DNA of 64,000 bases from Bdellovibrionales bacterium (GTDB lineage: Bacteria; Bdellovibrionota; Bdellovibrionia; Bdellovibrionales; UBA1609), in NCBI GenBank assembly GCA_965219095.1, contig CBDCMT010000001.1, positions 512,001 through 576,000 of the forward strand, given 5' to 3'. Shown here piece after piece: positions 28,525-39,274 of this stretch. A program made the translations under genes and the position numbers. Under the pieces are notes generated by a model, which worked only from the letters and a program-made list of their open reading frames with translations, was not told where the DNA came from and made no database searches. Numbering within the stretch: position 1 is the stretch's first letter; every line of letters begins with the position of its first letter.

Positions 28525-30348
28525 TTAGCCCATCAATGCTTTTTCCATTAATGCATTTTCTAAAAGTTCTTCTGCTTTAATCCTTGATTCATTTGTAAAT
28601 TCTATCCCTATAGTTTTCTTCTCCTTAGAAATCCAGCGAACAAGACCCTCTAATTTAGTGTTTTTAATAAGAAGGGATACCTTTTCATTTTCCTTGATGT
28701 TTTTATAAAAAGAGTTTTCACAAGAAAAAGCTAAGCCCCCTAAACTAAAAGAGTCAATTTGTCCTTGGAGAAGATGATAGAGGGAAGAAGATAAGTTAGC
28801 CTGCCATTGAATAGAAAAACGTTCAAATTTTCTTCTCTTATCAAAGACGGAACTTTTTAAAAAGAAGATCAGTAAAAGGGGTAAAAGTAGTAAGAAACTA
28901 ATGAGAAAAAATCTGACAGGCTGAAAAGAATTGAAAGGTCTTTTAAGAGAGTCTTTTGTTTGTCGGTAAGCAATTGTACCACAACCTCCTCCTAAAAATT
29001 GAGCTTGGGTCATAGGAAGATAAGATCCTTCATTGTAATCAGGAGCTTCACTGCTATAAAAGTCAGTAGAAAGATTATGAAAATTTTCTTTGCTTATTTT
29101 TTTAAAAAACCCCCCTGACTTTAAGAAAGCATCTAAAGTTGTGTTCTTTGTGGTTGATTGCTCAATAGCTTGATGAATTTGATAGCTAGAAAGGGAGGGT
29201 TCTTTCATGGATATGTAGGTTGCGAAAGCTGTAATAAAAGGTGTTGACATACTTGTTCCTGAAACAGGAACAAAAAGGTTATTTGGTGATGAGGTTAAAA
29301 TGTTCTCTCCTGGTGCAGCAAGTATCACTTTATTTTTTCCATAGTTAGAAAATCCAGAAAGTTGATTCGTTTTTCCGTTAATAGAGGCAACAGATATTAA
29401 ACTGGGAATAGGAAGTACCGCAGGATAAGATTCTCTTTTATCTAAGTTTAGAGTTTCATTACCAGAAGCTGCTGAAATAAAAACACCCTTCCTGTAAGCA
29501 TAGGCTAAGGCTTTATGTAAAGTGTGACTGTAAGAAAGACTTCCAAAAGATAAATTTAAAAAACTAGCCCCATGATCTACAGCATAATAAACAGCATTTG
29601 CTATAGAAGAGCTAGGAGCTTTACCATCCAATCTAAAAACTTTTAAAGGCATAATTTGAAAAGGCACAGATTTTACTTTTTCAGAAAAGATATTAACAAA
29701 GGAACCTAAAATAATGCCACTGACGTAGGTGCCATGTCCTCGGTTGTCTGTTATGTCATTGTTATGATCTACAAAATTCCATCCCTCCCTATCATCTATG
29801 AAACCGTTCTTATCATCATCAATACCGTTTTCAGAAATCTCTTTTTCATTTCTCCAAAGGACCTGGCTTTCTTGAAAGATTTTGTGCTCAGAATCAATCC
29901 CTGTATCAATGACAGCAATGATAGGCTTTTTATAAACCTGTGAAACATTTCTTTCAATAAAAACCTCTTCATCTTGTGATGAGGTTTTGAGAAGTTGACC
30001 GCTAAATTCATAGAAATCTTGAATGTCGGTCTGACTTAAAGTTTGAATGGAAAAAAGATTTAAGGAAGCTTTAACTTCTGAAAGACTATAAAGATAATCC
30101 CACTCAACATACTCTACTGAAGGATTATCAAGCAAATCTTCCCAATCAGCTTGAGATCTAGCTTTTTTGGTATGAATTTGTTTATGGAGTCTTTTTAAAC
30201 CTTGAGCTTTTAAAAGGCTCTTTTGTGTTTGTGCTTTGAATTGAACAATGATTTCACCTGTGTGAACCTGATCCGAAAAAAGACAGTAAGGTAAAGAGCA
30301 ATAAAGAAAACTCGTTATAAAAAATAACTTTAATAACTTTTTTTTCAT
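28525..30348 (-). CDS. S8 subtilisin-like protease with C-terminal GGGCG-TM segment and PilZ domain
   Basis: Catalytic triad IAVIDTG / GHGT / SGTSMS. After the TM helix come RRKFER and DSFSLGG PilZ-like motifs. Confidence 0.88.
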   Translation of the reverse strand: MKKKLLKLFFITSFLYCSLPYCLFSDQVHTGEIIVQFKAQTQKSLLKAQGLKRLHKQIHTKKARSQADWEDLLDNPSVEYVEWDYLYSLSEVKASLNLFSIQTLSQTDIQDFYEFSGQLLKTSSQDEEVFIERNVSQVYKKPIIAVIDTGIDSEHKIFQESQVLWRNEKEISENGIDDDKNGFIDDREGWNFVDHNNDITDNRGHGTYVSGIILGSFVNIFSEKVKSVPFQIMPLKVFRLDGKAPSSSIANAVYYAVDHGASFLNLSFGSLSYSHTLHKALAYAYRKGVFISAASGNETLNLDKRESYPAVLPIPSLISVASINGKTNQLSGFSNYGKNKVILAAPGENILTSSPNNLFVPVSGTSMSTPFITAFATYISMKEPSLSSYQIHQAIEQSTTKNTTLDAFLKSGGFFKKISKENFHNLSTDFYSSEAPDYNEGSYLPMTQAQFLGGGCGTIAYRQTKDSLKRPFNSFQPVRFFLISFLLLLPLLLIFFLKSSVFDKRRKFERFSIQWQANLSSSLYHLLQGQIDSFSLGGLAFSCENSFYKNIKENEKVSLLIKNTKLEGLVRWISKEKKTIGIEFTNESRIKAEELLENALMEKALMG

Positions 30349-30445
30349 TAGGACCTTTCTTTTATTATAATTCATGTTCTCCTTATTTCCATAGTTTTAA
30401 AAAAAAATGTTCCATACTGACACATCTCAATATGAAATTTTGAAA

Positions 30446-31294
30446 CATTTTTTAACAAGGGCCATCTAGCTTTTGTTAAAAGGGGTTCATACCCATCTTC
30501 TTTCATTTTTTTGTGTTCTGAAGCTCTCACTTCGTCTAAAGCCTTATTGAGTCTTGCTACGATATGAAACCGATCTAATATATTCAAAGCTTGACTTGCC
30601 CTTTCCTTTATTACTTTTAAATAGGGCTTCCACATATCAGAACACACAAACTGTATATCTTTTGACTTCTCTCCTAGTAAATCAAAAAACTTGTTGAAAC
30701 TCTCCTCTGTTCTTTTTTCTCCTATCCATAGCAAACGAACACTTTCTTTGCTTATTTCATAGACTAAGGTGAGATACTGATGGTTCTTTTTCCATTGTAT
30801 TTCATCTACACCTATAGCTTGTATTCCCTTTAAAACCCTTTGTTTTAAACCATATTCTACGACCCATTCTACCGAAGCATTTTCCAACTGACAAAACTTA
30901 CAAGAAACTTTCCAAGACAGGTGACGACACCAGTCAGCTAAGTACTTCATGTAAAAAATTGTTAGGTTTTTCTTCCCATCTGCCCAAGGTAAATACTCAA
31001 CTTTTACTCCACAGCAAGAACAATTAACTCTTCTTACAAAATAAACAAAAAACACCCTGTAACTTAAAATAGGAAGGGATTCAAAGTCCCGTGATGATTT
31101 ACTGCTGTCATACACTGAACAGGGCTTCTTACAAACACTACAAAAAGCTTGGCCATTTTTAGCCTTAATAGGAACATTAATTGACTTTCTATCTTTTTAA
31201 ATGTCTCCGTATACAAAAGACTTCCATCTTAAACAATCATTTAGTATAGTCTTCAAAAGCATCTCTTCCCTCCTTTTTTTTTTTTTTTGAATAA
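30446..31294 (-). pseudogene. Degenerate ISL3 internal fragment
   Basis: Homologous to 5719-6588, with small deletions, frameshifts and a more diverged central segment. Both IRs are missing. Confidence 0.9.
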
Positions 31295-32204
31295 AAAGAA
31301 AATGAAACCGACTGGCTTCTGAAGCTTTGTCCTCACTCTTTTTTTTCTTTATAGAAAGGAGTTTTAAAACATAGTAGCCTTCATTTGTATTAGAGAGCAT
31401 CACTTTAGGCATCACTTTAGGAAAAACTTTTCCTATAGCTTTTAGCTTCAAAAGTTCTTCAATGAGATGAGAGTTTTTTCCTAGAGCAGATGAAGAACTA
31501 TTCATGAGAGAAAACTCTCCTGTTTTCAGCCATTTTTTCTTTTTAAGAGCTTTAAGCAAAGTTCTTTCTTTTTGATTTATTGCCCAATAATTTATATTTT
31601 TAAGAAGCTTTTCCGCTTCTTTGGGATCTGTTGATAGCTCATTTTTATTGAATTTTAAATAAGCTATTTTGAGATAGGTTTCTCTTAAATTTCTTTGAAA
31701 CTCCTTTTCACTTTTAGAAAGCTGGGAGCTTTCTTTAAAAGAATTGGAAATATCTTTCAATAAGAATTCTTTTTTTATTTTTGTTTCAAACTGGCGACTT
31801 GTTTTCCCTTGGTTTCTCAAAAACTGCTCGTATCTAAAAAGATCAAACCCCTGTTTATTTCGCAGTACAGGTATGCTTTCAATCCAGTCACGAATTGCAG
31901 CGTCAGGAACAAAGAAGTTTTTCCTGTTCATGGTTTGGTAGAGAACTTCTTGACTGATTAGAGTTCTTAAAATATAGGACTTCAAAATCTTTTGAAATTC
32001 TCTGCTTTCTTGATTTCCACTTCTGTTTAAGTAAGCTGAAACATCTCTTGTTGATATAATCTCTCCGTTCACAGAGGCGGCTTTTTGACCAGATAAACTA
32101 TCAGTTCCTGTAAAAACTCCTGCAAGAACAAAGGCTAAAACGGCCATGACAAGAAAAAGTACGAATTTGAATTTAGCTATGAGTTTTTTTAAGAAATTTA
32201 TTAC
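31295..32204 (-). pseudogene. ppiD: SurA-N-domain periplasmic chaperone (PpiD-like), 3' end replaced by ISL3
   Basis: AASVNGEII...GFDLFRYEQFL. Divergent from mreC. The codon after RBS AAGGAG is GTA. There is a 12-bp tandem duplication at 31397-31420. Confidence 0.65.
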
Positions 32205-32268
32205 TAGGCTCCTTAGAGTTATTCATTTTTATATTGATTTTATACCATGAGATTATAAACTATACAAA

Positions 32269-33108
32269 GTGATTTTTTCTAGATGGGGTTATCCTAAGAT
32301 TTTTGGTCTTTTATTCATCGTACTGGTTCTGCCCTTTATGATTTTTCAGAACGAAGATAAGAAGCCTAGGGGTGTAAGTTTTATTCTGAGCCCTTTGTCT
32401 TTTATTGTGGGAGAGGGTCAAAGCCTTTATTTTAACTTCCGTTACGATCTTGTTAGTACTTTATCTCTTTATCTCAATTTAGTAGGTATAAGCGAAAACA
32501 ACAGAGTTTTGAGAGCAGAAAACGAAAGGCTCAAGAGTAAAGTCCAGCTTTTTGAGGAGTTGAAGAAAGAAAATGACAGGTTGAATAGGCTTTTAGGGTT
32601 TCAGAAACAGGAGCCTATAAAGTTAGCAGCTGCTAAAGTCATAGGCACAGATCTGATTCCTAATAGAGAGACTTTAATCATCAATAAAGGCTTTGAACAT
32701 GGAATCAAAGTCTTTATGCCTGTTGTAGTACCCTCAGGAGTGGTAGGCTATATCTTCCGCATCCAAGCCCATTCCTCCCAAGTGTTACTTTTAACTGATT
32801 CTTATGCAGTTGTTGATGCTTTGGTCCAACGTTCAAGAACTAGACTTCTTGTAGAAGGCCATAACTTAAAAACTTTGACATCAACATATTTTAAAGAAGA
32901 CCCCGATATAAGAGAAAATGATTTGATTGTAGCAAGTGGTTTAGACAACATTCTTCCTAAAGGGTTTCCCATAGGGACTGTGATTTCTGTTCATAAAGAT
33001 GTTTATAGTGCAACGCCCTCTGTAAGCATTAAACCGAGAGTTCCTTTAAATCGTCTTGAAGAAGTTTTTGTTGTATTAAATCTTGCCCATAAGAAAGGAA
33101 GTTTATGA
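32269..33108 (+). CDS. mreC: Rod shape-determining protein MreC
   Basis: LRAENERLK coiled coil, IINKG, GVVG and SGLDNILPKGFPIG. Confidence 0.95.
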   Translation: MIFSRWGYPKIFGLLFIVLVLPFMIFQNEDKKPRGVSFILSPLSFIVGEGQSLYFNFRYDLVSTLSLYLNLVGISENNRVLRAENERLKSKVQLFEELKKENDRLNRLLGFQKQEPIKLAAAKVIGTDLIPNRETLIINKGFEHGIKVFMPVVVPSGVVGYIFRIQAHSSQVLLLTDSYAVVDALVQRSRTRLLVEGHNLKTLTSTYFKEDPDIRENDLIVASGLDNILPKGFPIGTVISVHKDVYSATPSVSIKPRVPLNRLEEVFVVLNLAHKKGSL

Positions 33109-33599
33109 GTCGCACAAAATTTAATTTTTTCTTTTTATATTTAAGTGCTTTATTGGTTTTATTTTTACAAACCTCTGTATGGCCTAGGTCTTTTACCTCT
33201 CCTCAACTTGTAGTTCCTTTTTTGGTTTTTGCTGTCTCTTACAGAGGGCTTATTGAATCCACGTTTTCATTTTATATTTTTGCAAGCCTTTCTTCTCTCT
33301 TCACGGCTACAAGCTTTGGAACTTTAGTCTGCACTTACTTTCTTCTTTTTATTTTAAATGTTGTTGTTAATGACAGGTTTTTTAAACGTGAAATTAACTA
33401 TTTCAGCACTTCTTGTTTTGTAAATACTTTCGCTATGGGAGTTTTTTTTTCAGTGCTTTCTCCAGTTCCTTTTTATATATTGAGTTGGACTTTAAGCTCA
33501 ATTTTTACATTTTTTGTCTCCTTTCCTCTTTACCTTTATTTTATATGGCTTGACGAGAAAACACAAAAAGAAGATGTCTCTGAGGGTATTTTGTTATGA
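33105..33599 (+). CDS. mreD: Rod shape-determining protein MreD (divergent)
   Basis: Small polytopic membrane protein between mreC and mrdA. Confidence 0.75.
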   Translation: MSRTKFNFFFLYLSALLVLFLQTSVWPRSFTSPQLVVPFLVFAVSYRGLIESTFSFYIFASLSSLFTATSFGTLVCTYFLLFILNVVVNDRFFKREINYFSTSCFVNTFAMGVFFSVLSPVPFYILSWTLSSIFTFFVSFPLYLYFIWLDEKTQKEDVSEGILL

Positions 33600-35527
33600 G
33601 TTTAATTCATGACATCACTTCCCATGAAGCTATGAAAAATTTCAGAACACGCTACCAATGGCTATATATTTGTTTGACTTTTTTTGGCCTCTTTATTGTG
33701 TTTCGCTTATGGCACTTGCAGATTATAAAAGGCGATGAGTTAAATGATTACTCGAAAAGAAACCTTATTAAAGAAACCAAAATTCAAGCTCCTAGAGGAA
33801 TTTTCTTTGATAGGGAGGAGAGGATTCTTGTAAAAAATAAAGTGGGTTTTTATTTGACTTTAAAACCTCAGTTTACCAAGGATAAAGAAACTACACTTAA
33901 AGCTATTCAACCTGTTATAGAAAATCGTATAAAAAAACTTCTAAAAAAAATTAAAGTTAGTGAAAGAAAACATGGACTCTTTCAAGATGTTGTTTTGAAA
34001 GAGAACCTGTCTTTTAATGAAGTTAGTTTTTTAAAAAGAATCTTATTTGCTTATCCTGGCCTTTCTGTGAAAAAAGTCATTTTAAGAAAGTACCCTTTGA
34101 ATAAAAATGGAGCCCAGCTTTTTGGCTATGTAGGTGAGATTTCAGAAACAGAGATTAAAAAATACAACAAAAAAAAGTCAGATGTTTGGTTTGAACAAGG
34201 AGATATTATTGGGAAGAGCGGTCTTGAAAGAGAGTGGGAGGAGGAGTTAAGAGGACAGAGAGGGGCTTTTTATGAAGAGGTGGATGCTTTAGGACGAGGA
34301 CAGATCACTCAGTTCTTAGGTTTAAAAAATAAAACAGCAAATCAAGGGCATCACTTGGTGTTAACCCTTGATAAAGATCTTCAAGAAGCTAGCTTTAAGA
34401 GTATGAAAAGAAAAGATCCTATAGGAGAGAGAATAGGAGCTGTTGTGGCTATGAAAACCAACGGTGAGGTTTTAGCTTGGGTTAGTCTGCCTTCTTTTAA
34501 CCCTAATGTTTTTACAGAAACCATTGGTACAAAGGTGTGGAGTGACATTTCGTTAAATTCCTATAAACCTTTTAGAAATAAAGTGATTCAAGATCATTAT
34601 CCTCCCGGTTCAGCCCTTAAACCTCTTATAGGTTTGATAGGCCTTCATGAAAACAAAATCTCTCCAGAAGAGAAAGTTTTATCTCCTGGATTTATAAAGC
34701 TGGGTAGAAGAAGATGGCATGATCATAAAAGAGGAGGCCATGGAGAGATCAATTTAATTCAAGCTATTGAGAGATCAAGTAATACCTTTTTTTATAAACT
34801 AGGTATGAATTTGGACATAGATCATGTAGCCCATTGGGCTTCTTTGTTTCAGTTAGGCCAAAAAACAGGAATTCAATTAGAACATGAAAAAGAAGGCCTT
34901 GTTCCATCTAAAACTTGGAAGTTAAAAAGAACAGGTGAACCTTGGCAACTAGGAGAAAATCTCATTCATGCTATCGGACAAGGGTTTTGGCTTGTCACCC
35001 CCTTACAAATGGCTGTTTTATTTAATGCTTTAGCTTTGGAAGGAAAAGTTTATCGTCCTTTTTTAGTCAAACGAATCAAAAACTCAAAAGAAGAAATCAT
35101 CAAAGAATTTAAACCTCGTTTGATACGAGAGATAAAGAGCATACCAAAAGCACATTTTCAAACTGCTAAAGCGGGAATGTTTCAAGTCTCTAATGGAGAT
35201 TATGGAACAGCTCGTTTTTGGAAGATAGGAGGTGATGTAAAGTTTTCAGGAAAAACGGGAACCGTTCAAATAAAAAATCTCTCTGCCTCTGAGGTCTACC
35301 AAAAGTGTGAAAATTTAATTTTTGACAAAAGACATCATGGTTGGTTTGCAGGATATGCTCCCAGCAAAGCTCCTGAAATTGTAGTGGTGGTTTTTACTCA
35401 GCATTCCTGTCATGGCTCAACAGGATCCGTTCCTGTAGCTAGAGATATTATGAGAGCTTATTTAAAAAAATACAGGCCAGAGCTTATGAAAAAGAAAGTA
35501 CTCAAGAAAGGAGGAAAAAGTGCTTAA
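33596..35527 (+). CDS. mrdA: Penicillin-binding protein 2
   Basis: APRGIFFDR, SxxK (PGSALK), SSN and KTGT. Confidence 0.95.
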   Translation: MSLIHDITSHEAMKNFRTRYQWLYICLTFFGLFIVFRLWHLQIIKGDELNDYSKRNLIKETKIQAPRGIFFDREERILVKNKVGFYLTLKPQFTKDKETTLKAIQPVIENRIKKLLKKIKVSERKHGLFQDVVLKENLSFNEVSFLKRILFAYPGLSVKKVILRKYPLNKNGAQLFGYVGEISETEIKKYNKKKSDVWFEQGDIIGKSGLEREWEEELRGQRGAFYEEVDALGRGQITQFLGLKNKTANQGHHLVLTLDKDLQEASFKSMKRKDPIGERIGAVVAMKTNGEVLAWVSLPSFNPNVFTETIGTKVWSDISLNSYKPFRNKVIQDHYPPGSALKPLIGLIGLHENKISPEEKVLSPGFIKLGRRRWHDHKRGGHGEINLIQAIERSSNTFFYKLGMNLDIDHVAHWASLFQLGQKTGIQLEHEKEGLVPSKTWKLKRTGEPWQLGENLIHAIGQGFWLVTPLQMAVLFNALALEGKVYRPFLVKRIKNSKEEIIKEFKPRLIREIKSIPKAHFQTAKAGMFQVSNGDYGTARFWKIGGDVKFSGKTGTVQIKNLSASEVYQKCENLIFDKRHHGWFAGYAPSKAPEIVVVVFTQHSCHGSTGSVPVARDIMRAYLKKYRPELMKKKVLKKGGKSA

Positions 35528-36641
35528 TTTAGAAAAAGAACAGGAGAAATCCTTTTTCAAACGTTTTGATTTTTTATTATCAACAAATATTTTTCTTCTC
35601 CATTGTATAGGTTTAGTGGTCGTTTATAGTGCAACTCATGACATACAGTCTCAACATTTAAGCTCTCTTTTCAAATCTCAAGCGATTTGGATTCTCTTAT
35701 CTTGGATTCTTTATTTGTCTTTAACATTGTTTAATTACAATTGGTTTAAAAAAATAAGCTACCTCCTCTACTTTATCAATGTATTAGCTCTTCTTCTTGT
35801 AGCTTTAAGTGGTAAATCTTCTTATGGAGTTCAAAGGTGGATTGACTTGGGTGTTTTTTACTACCAGCCCTCTGAAACCATTAAGATTGTTTTAGTTATG
35901 GTTTTAGCCTATGAGTTCTCATCAAGAAATTTATACGAAAGTCTTGATCTAAAATCCCTCATAAAACCCCTCTTCCTGATTTTTATTCCTTTTTTTATGA
36001 TTCTTTCCCAACCAGATTTAGGAACAGCCATGATTTTTTTTCTAATAACAGGGTCTTTATTGCTTTTTGTAAAGGTGAAAAAGTCGATCCTTATAAGCTC
36101 TTTGTTCCTTCTTGTTATGTCTTTACCACTTGTTTGGAGTTATGGTTTAAAAACTTATCAAAAAAATAGAGTGCTTACCTTTTTAAATCCTGATAAAGAT
36201 CCTCGAGGAGCAGGCTACAATAGTATTCAATCTAAAATTGCTGTGGGAAGTGGTGCGTTTTGGGGAAAAGGTTTTTTAGGAGGAACTCAGTCGCAATTAG
36301 CTTTTTTACCGGAAAGACATACAGACTTTATTTATAGTGTCTTAGGTGAGGAGTTTGGTTTTGTAGGGAGTGTGGTTACTTTTATGGCACTTATTTTCCT
36401 GCTCATACAACTCTTGCAAATATCCTTTCATTCAAAAGATTCTTTTGGGGCTTTACTTGTTCTGGGGGGAGGATTTTATCTTTTTTGGCATATTTTTGTA
36501 AATATAGGTATGGTTTTAGGGCTTTTACCTGTAGTAGGGGCCCCTCTACCCTTTCTTTCCTATGGCGGTTCAAGTCTCATGACAACTATGTTTTTTTTAG
36601 GCCTTGCCTCTTCTGTTTCATTACGACGCTATATTTTTTGA
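35520..36641 (+). CDS. rodA: Peptidoglycan glycosyltransferase RodA
   Basis: QPSE, QPDLGTA, LPERHTDFI and PFLSYGGSS. Confidence 0.95.
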   Translation: MLNLEKEQEKSFFKRFDFLLSTNIFLLHCIGLVVVYSATHDIQSQHLSSLFKSQAIWILLSWILYLSLTLFNYNWFKKISYLLYFINVLALLLVALSGKSSYGVQRWIDLGVFYYQPSETIKIVLVMVLAYEFSSRNLYESLDLKSLIKPLFLIFIPFFMILSQPDLGTAMIFFLITGSLLLFVKVKKSILISSLFLLVMSLPLVWSYGLKTYQKNRVLTFLNPDKDPRGAGYNSIQSKIAVGSGAFWGKGFLGGTQSQLAFLPERHTDFIYSVLGEEFGFVGSVVTFMALIFLLIQLLQISFHSKDSFGALLVLGGGFYLFWHIFVNIGMVLGLLPVVGAPLPFLSYGGSSLMTTMFFLGLASSVSLRRYIF

Positions 36642-36779
36642 ACATGTTTTCTTTTGAGTCACTTTTCTTTTTTATTGACAAAGTAAAAAAAATTATGAGA
36701 CAATGAAATTGAAAGTAAAAAGTAATTGACATTAGTTTTTATAGAATTTTACTTTCTGTTTAAAGAAAGGAGAGGTAAA

Positions 36780-37064
36780 GTGATTTGTTTTAAGTTTGAT
36801 GGATTTGAGCCTTCGGTTCAGCTTCATAGATTAGCAAAACAAGTGCTTTGGAGCATTGAAAACAGTTCCCCTTCTTACTCAAGGCTTCAAGCTTCTATGA
36901 AGAAAGAAGGCAAGAGATTCAAAGGATCCATTAGAGTTTGTTATGGTAAGGGCTGTTTTGAAATTAGTGCTGAAGATGAAAAAGCTGAGGTTTTAGTTGA
37001 AACTCTTAAAAGTGGTATTGTTACTAAAATTGGTGATTGGAAAAAAAGAAGAAAAGTTGCTTAA
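36780..37064 (+). CDS. Small hypothetical protein, possibly HPF/RaiA-like fold
   Basis: RBS AGGAGA and GTG start at 36780. The fold guess comes from size and pattern only. Confidence 0.45.
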   Translation: MICFKFDGFEPSVQLHRLAKQVLWSIENSSPSYSRLQASMKKEGKRFKGSIRVCYGKGCFEISAEDEKAEVLVETLKSGIVTKIGDWKKRRKVA

Positions 37065-37097
37065 TATCTTTTTGATATTTATAATACAAAGGTTTTT

Positions 37098-37586
37098 ATG
37101 AGCTTTTGTATTAAGCTGTCTAAAGAAGACTTTAAATTTTCTGTCGCTCATTTTGCTATTTTTGGGCCCAGTTGTGCGGAGCGGTTCCATGGACACAATT
37201 ATTATGTAAGTTTTGAATTTGAATTAAAAGCTATAAGCTCTGATTTGGGTTTTTCTATTGAATTTAACGAATTAAAACCTCTTTTAAAAGAAGTTTGCAA
37301 GACCTTAGACGAGTTTATTTTAATTCCTAAAAGCTCCCAACACTTAAAAATCAAAGAAAATAAGACTCAAGTCGAGGTATACTTTCATAAAAAGCTCTAC
37401 TCCCTTCCTAAAGAAGATGTCCTCCTCTTAGCTTTGAAAAATATCTCTTGCGAGGAGTTGTCTTTTTACCTTTGGAAAGAGCTTAGAACGATTTTACCCC
37501 CTCCTTATAAGAAAAGGATCATAAGAATGGGAGTTGAGGTTCAAGAGACAAGAGGGCAAAAGGCTTTGTATAAAGGGGAACTGTAA
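37098..37586 (+). CDS. queD: 6-carboxytetrahydropterin synthase / PTPS family
   Basis: FSVAHF...ERFHGHNY...NISCEEL...VQET. Confidence 0.85.
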   Translation: MSFCIKLSKEDFKFSVAHFAIFGPSCAERFHGHNYYVSFEFELKAISSDLGFSIEFNELKPLLKEVCKTLDEFILIPKSSQHLKIKENKTQVEVYFHKKLYSLPKEDVLLLALKNISCEELSFYLWKELRTILPPPYKKRIIRMGVEVQETRGQKALYKGEL

Positions 37587-37587
37587 A

Positions 37588-37977
37588 ATGAAAGAGGCCT
37601 TTAGAAGTGCTAAAAAGGCTTTAGAAAAGGCTTATGCTCCCTATTCTCAGTTTTTTGTGGGGGCTAGTGTTAAGGCTAAGAGTTTCAATGAAATATTTAC
37701 AGGCACTAATATTGAAAATGCCAGTTATGGAGCCAGTGTGTGTGCAGAAAGAGTAGCTCTTTGGCATATGGTGCATAAATTAGGGGGAACTCAAACAGTA
37801 GAGTGGCTTTGTTTTGTTACAAAAACAAAAGAACCTAGTCGCCCTTGTGGCCAATGTCTACAAGTCCTCTCTGAGTTCTGTGACTCTGAAACAAAAATTT
37901 ATTGCTATACTTTTGATGGTATGTTAAAAGAAAGTCTATTTAAAGAGTTATTTCCAGAACCGTTTAAACTGAAATGA
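37588..37977 (+). CDS. cdd: Cytidine deaminase
   Basis: AYAPYSQF.VGA, NIENASYG..VCAER and PCGQCLQ. Confidence 0.93.
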   Translation: MKEAFRSAKKALEKAYAPYSQFFVGASVKAKSFNEIFTGTNIENASYGASVCAERVALWHMVHKLGGTQTVEWLCFVTKTKEPSRPCGQCLQVLSEFCDSETKIYCYTFDGMLKESLFKELFPEPFKLK

Positions 37978-38684
37978 AACCGCAAAAAAATCCTATCTTA
38001 GAAATCCTCATTAACGTTATCATTCCAGTAGTCCTTCTTCATCGTTTGTCTAAAATCATAGATCCCCGCATAGCTTTGGTTACGGCTTTAGCTCTTCCTC
38101 TTGGCTACGGTCTTTATAACTATATTAAGTCCCATAACAAAAATATTTTTTCTATTTTTGGTTTTTTAAATATTCTTTTAACAGGAGGCCTGGCTCTTAT
38201 CACTTTTGAAGGAATATGGTTTGTGGTCAAAGAAACAGCTGTACCTGCACTTTTAGGTCTTATCGTTATTTTAACTCGCTTTACGAAAAGGGTTGCTTTT
38301 TCCTGGATTTTTTACAATTCCTATGTCTTCGATAAAAAGTTTGTAGAAAAAAAATTAGAAGAAAGAAAAAATAAAGTTAAGTTTAGAACTCACTTGAAAA
38401 GATGTAATGACCTTTTTGCTGTTAGTTTTTTCATAAGTGCTCTTTTGAATTTTTTATTAGCAAAGAACATTTTTACAGCACTTCCTTCTGAGCTGAGTGA
38501 GCTTAAAAAACAAGAACTTCTTAATATGCAAATTGCTGATATGACTTGGAAAAGTCAAATTGTCATTGTAGTACCACTTATGATTTTTGGACTTTTAACT
38601 TTATGGTATTTTATATCAAAAACCCTCAAATATATCAAATTAGAATACAAAGATTTAAATAAAATTTTAATTAAAAAGGTGTAG
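37974..38684 (+). CDS. Membrane protein, VC0807/YciB-like
   Basis: NVIIPVVLL, ALALPLGYG, LTGG...VKE and SFFISALLNF. Confidence 0.7.
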   Translation: MKPQKNPILEILINVIIPVVLLHRLSKIIDPRIALVTALALPLGYGLYNYIKSHNKNIFSIFGFLNILLTGGLALITFEGIWFVVKETAVPALLGLIVILTRFTKRVAFSWIFYNSYVFDKKFVEKKLEERKNKVKFRTHLKRCNDLFAVSFFISALLNFLLAKNIFTALPSELSELKKQELLNMQIADMTWKSQIVIVVPLMIFGLLTLWYFISKTLKYIKLEYKDLNKILIKKV

Positions 38685-39087
38685 GGGGAAAGAAGTATTT
38701 CTTTTTTAATTTATAGAATTCATTTCGTTTTTTAATATAAGCTTTTCTAGCCTTTTCTTTTTTTAAAGCTCTTTTTTTCATTCTTTCTAATTTTATTTGA
38801 AAATGTTTTTTTGATGGAATGGCTTTAGATCTCTCTAAAATATACTTTTTTCTCAAGCTCTCTTTCTGTTTAAGATAATTTATATACTTTTTTTTGGAAG
38901 AGGTGTACTCTTTTCTCCTTTTCTTTTCTAAGAGAAGCCTCTCTTTTTTATGAAGTTCAAAGCTCATCCTTTTTTTTCTAAATTCTCTTATAAGTTCTTT
39001 TGAATTTAAATTTTCCCACCACCCACAATGAGCCTTAAAGGTTAAAGAACATATGAGAAGAATTAGGTTTAAATAACTAAAGTACAT
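38671..39087 (-). CDS. Hypothetical exported, Lys/Arg-rich coiled-coil protein
   Basis: RBS AGGAG and a signal-like N-terminus. Confidence 0.55.
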   Translation of the reverse strand: MYFSYLNLILLICSLTFKAHCGWWENLNSKELIREFRKKRMSFELHKKERLLLEKKRRKEYTSSKKKYINYLKQKESLRKKYILERSKAIPSKKHFQIKLERMKKRALKKEKARKAYIKKRNEFYKLKKKYFFPPTPF

Positions 39088-39274
39088 ACTCCTATTATCT
39101 TGATGGGAGATATTTTAATAAAGCCCAAGTTATATCTATAGACCTGTTTTTTAGATTTTAACCCTATAAACTTATCAAAAGTCCATGGTCTTTTGATAAG
39201 TTCTTTTTCTTTTACATTTTATCATATAGACTTAAATAAGAACAATTTGTATTAAATTTTTTTAAGGAGAATTT

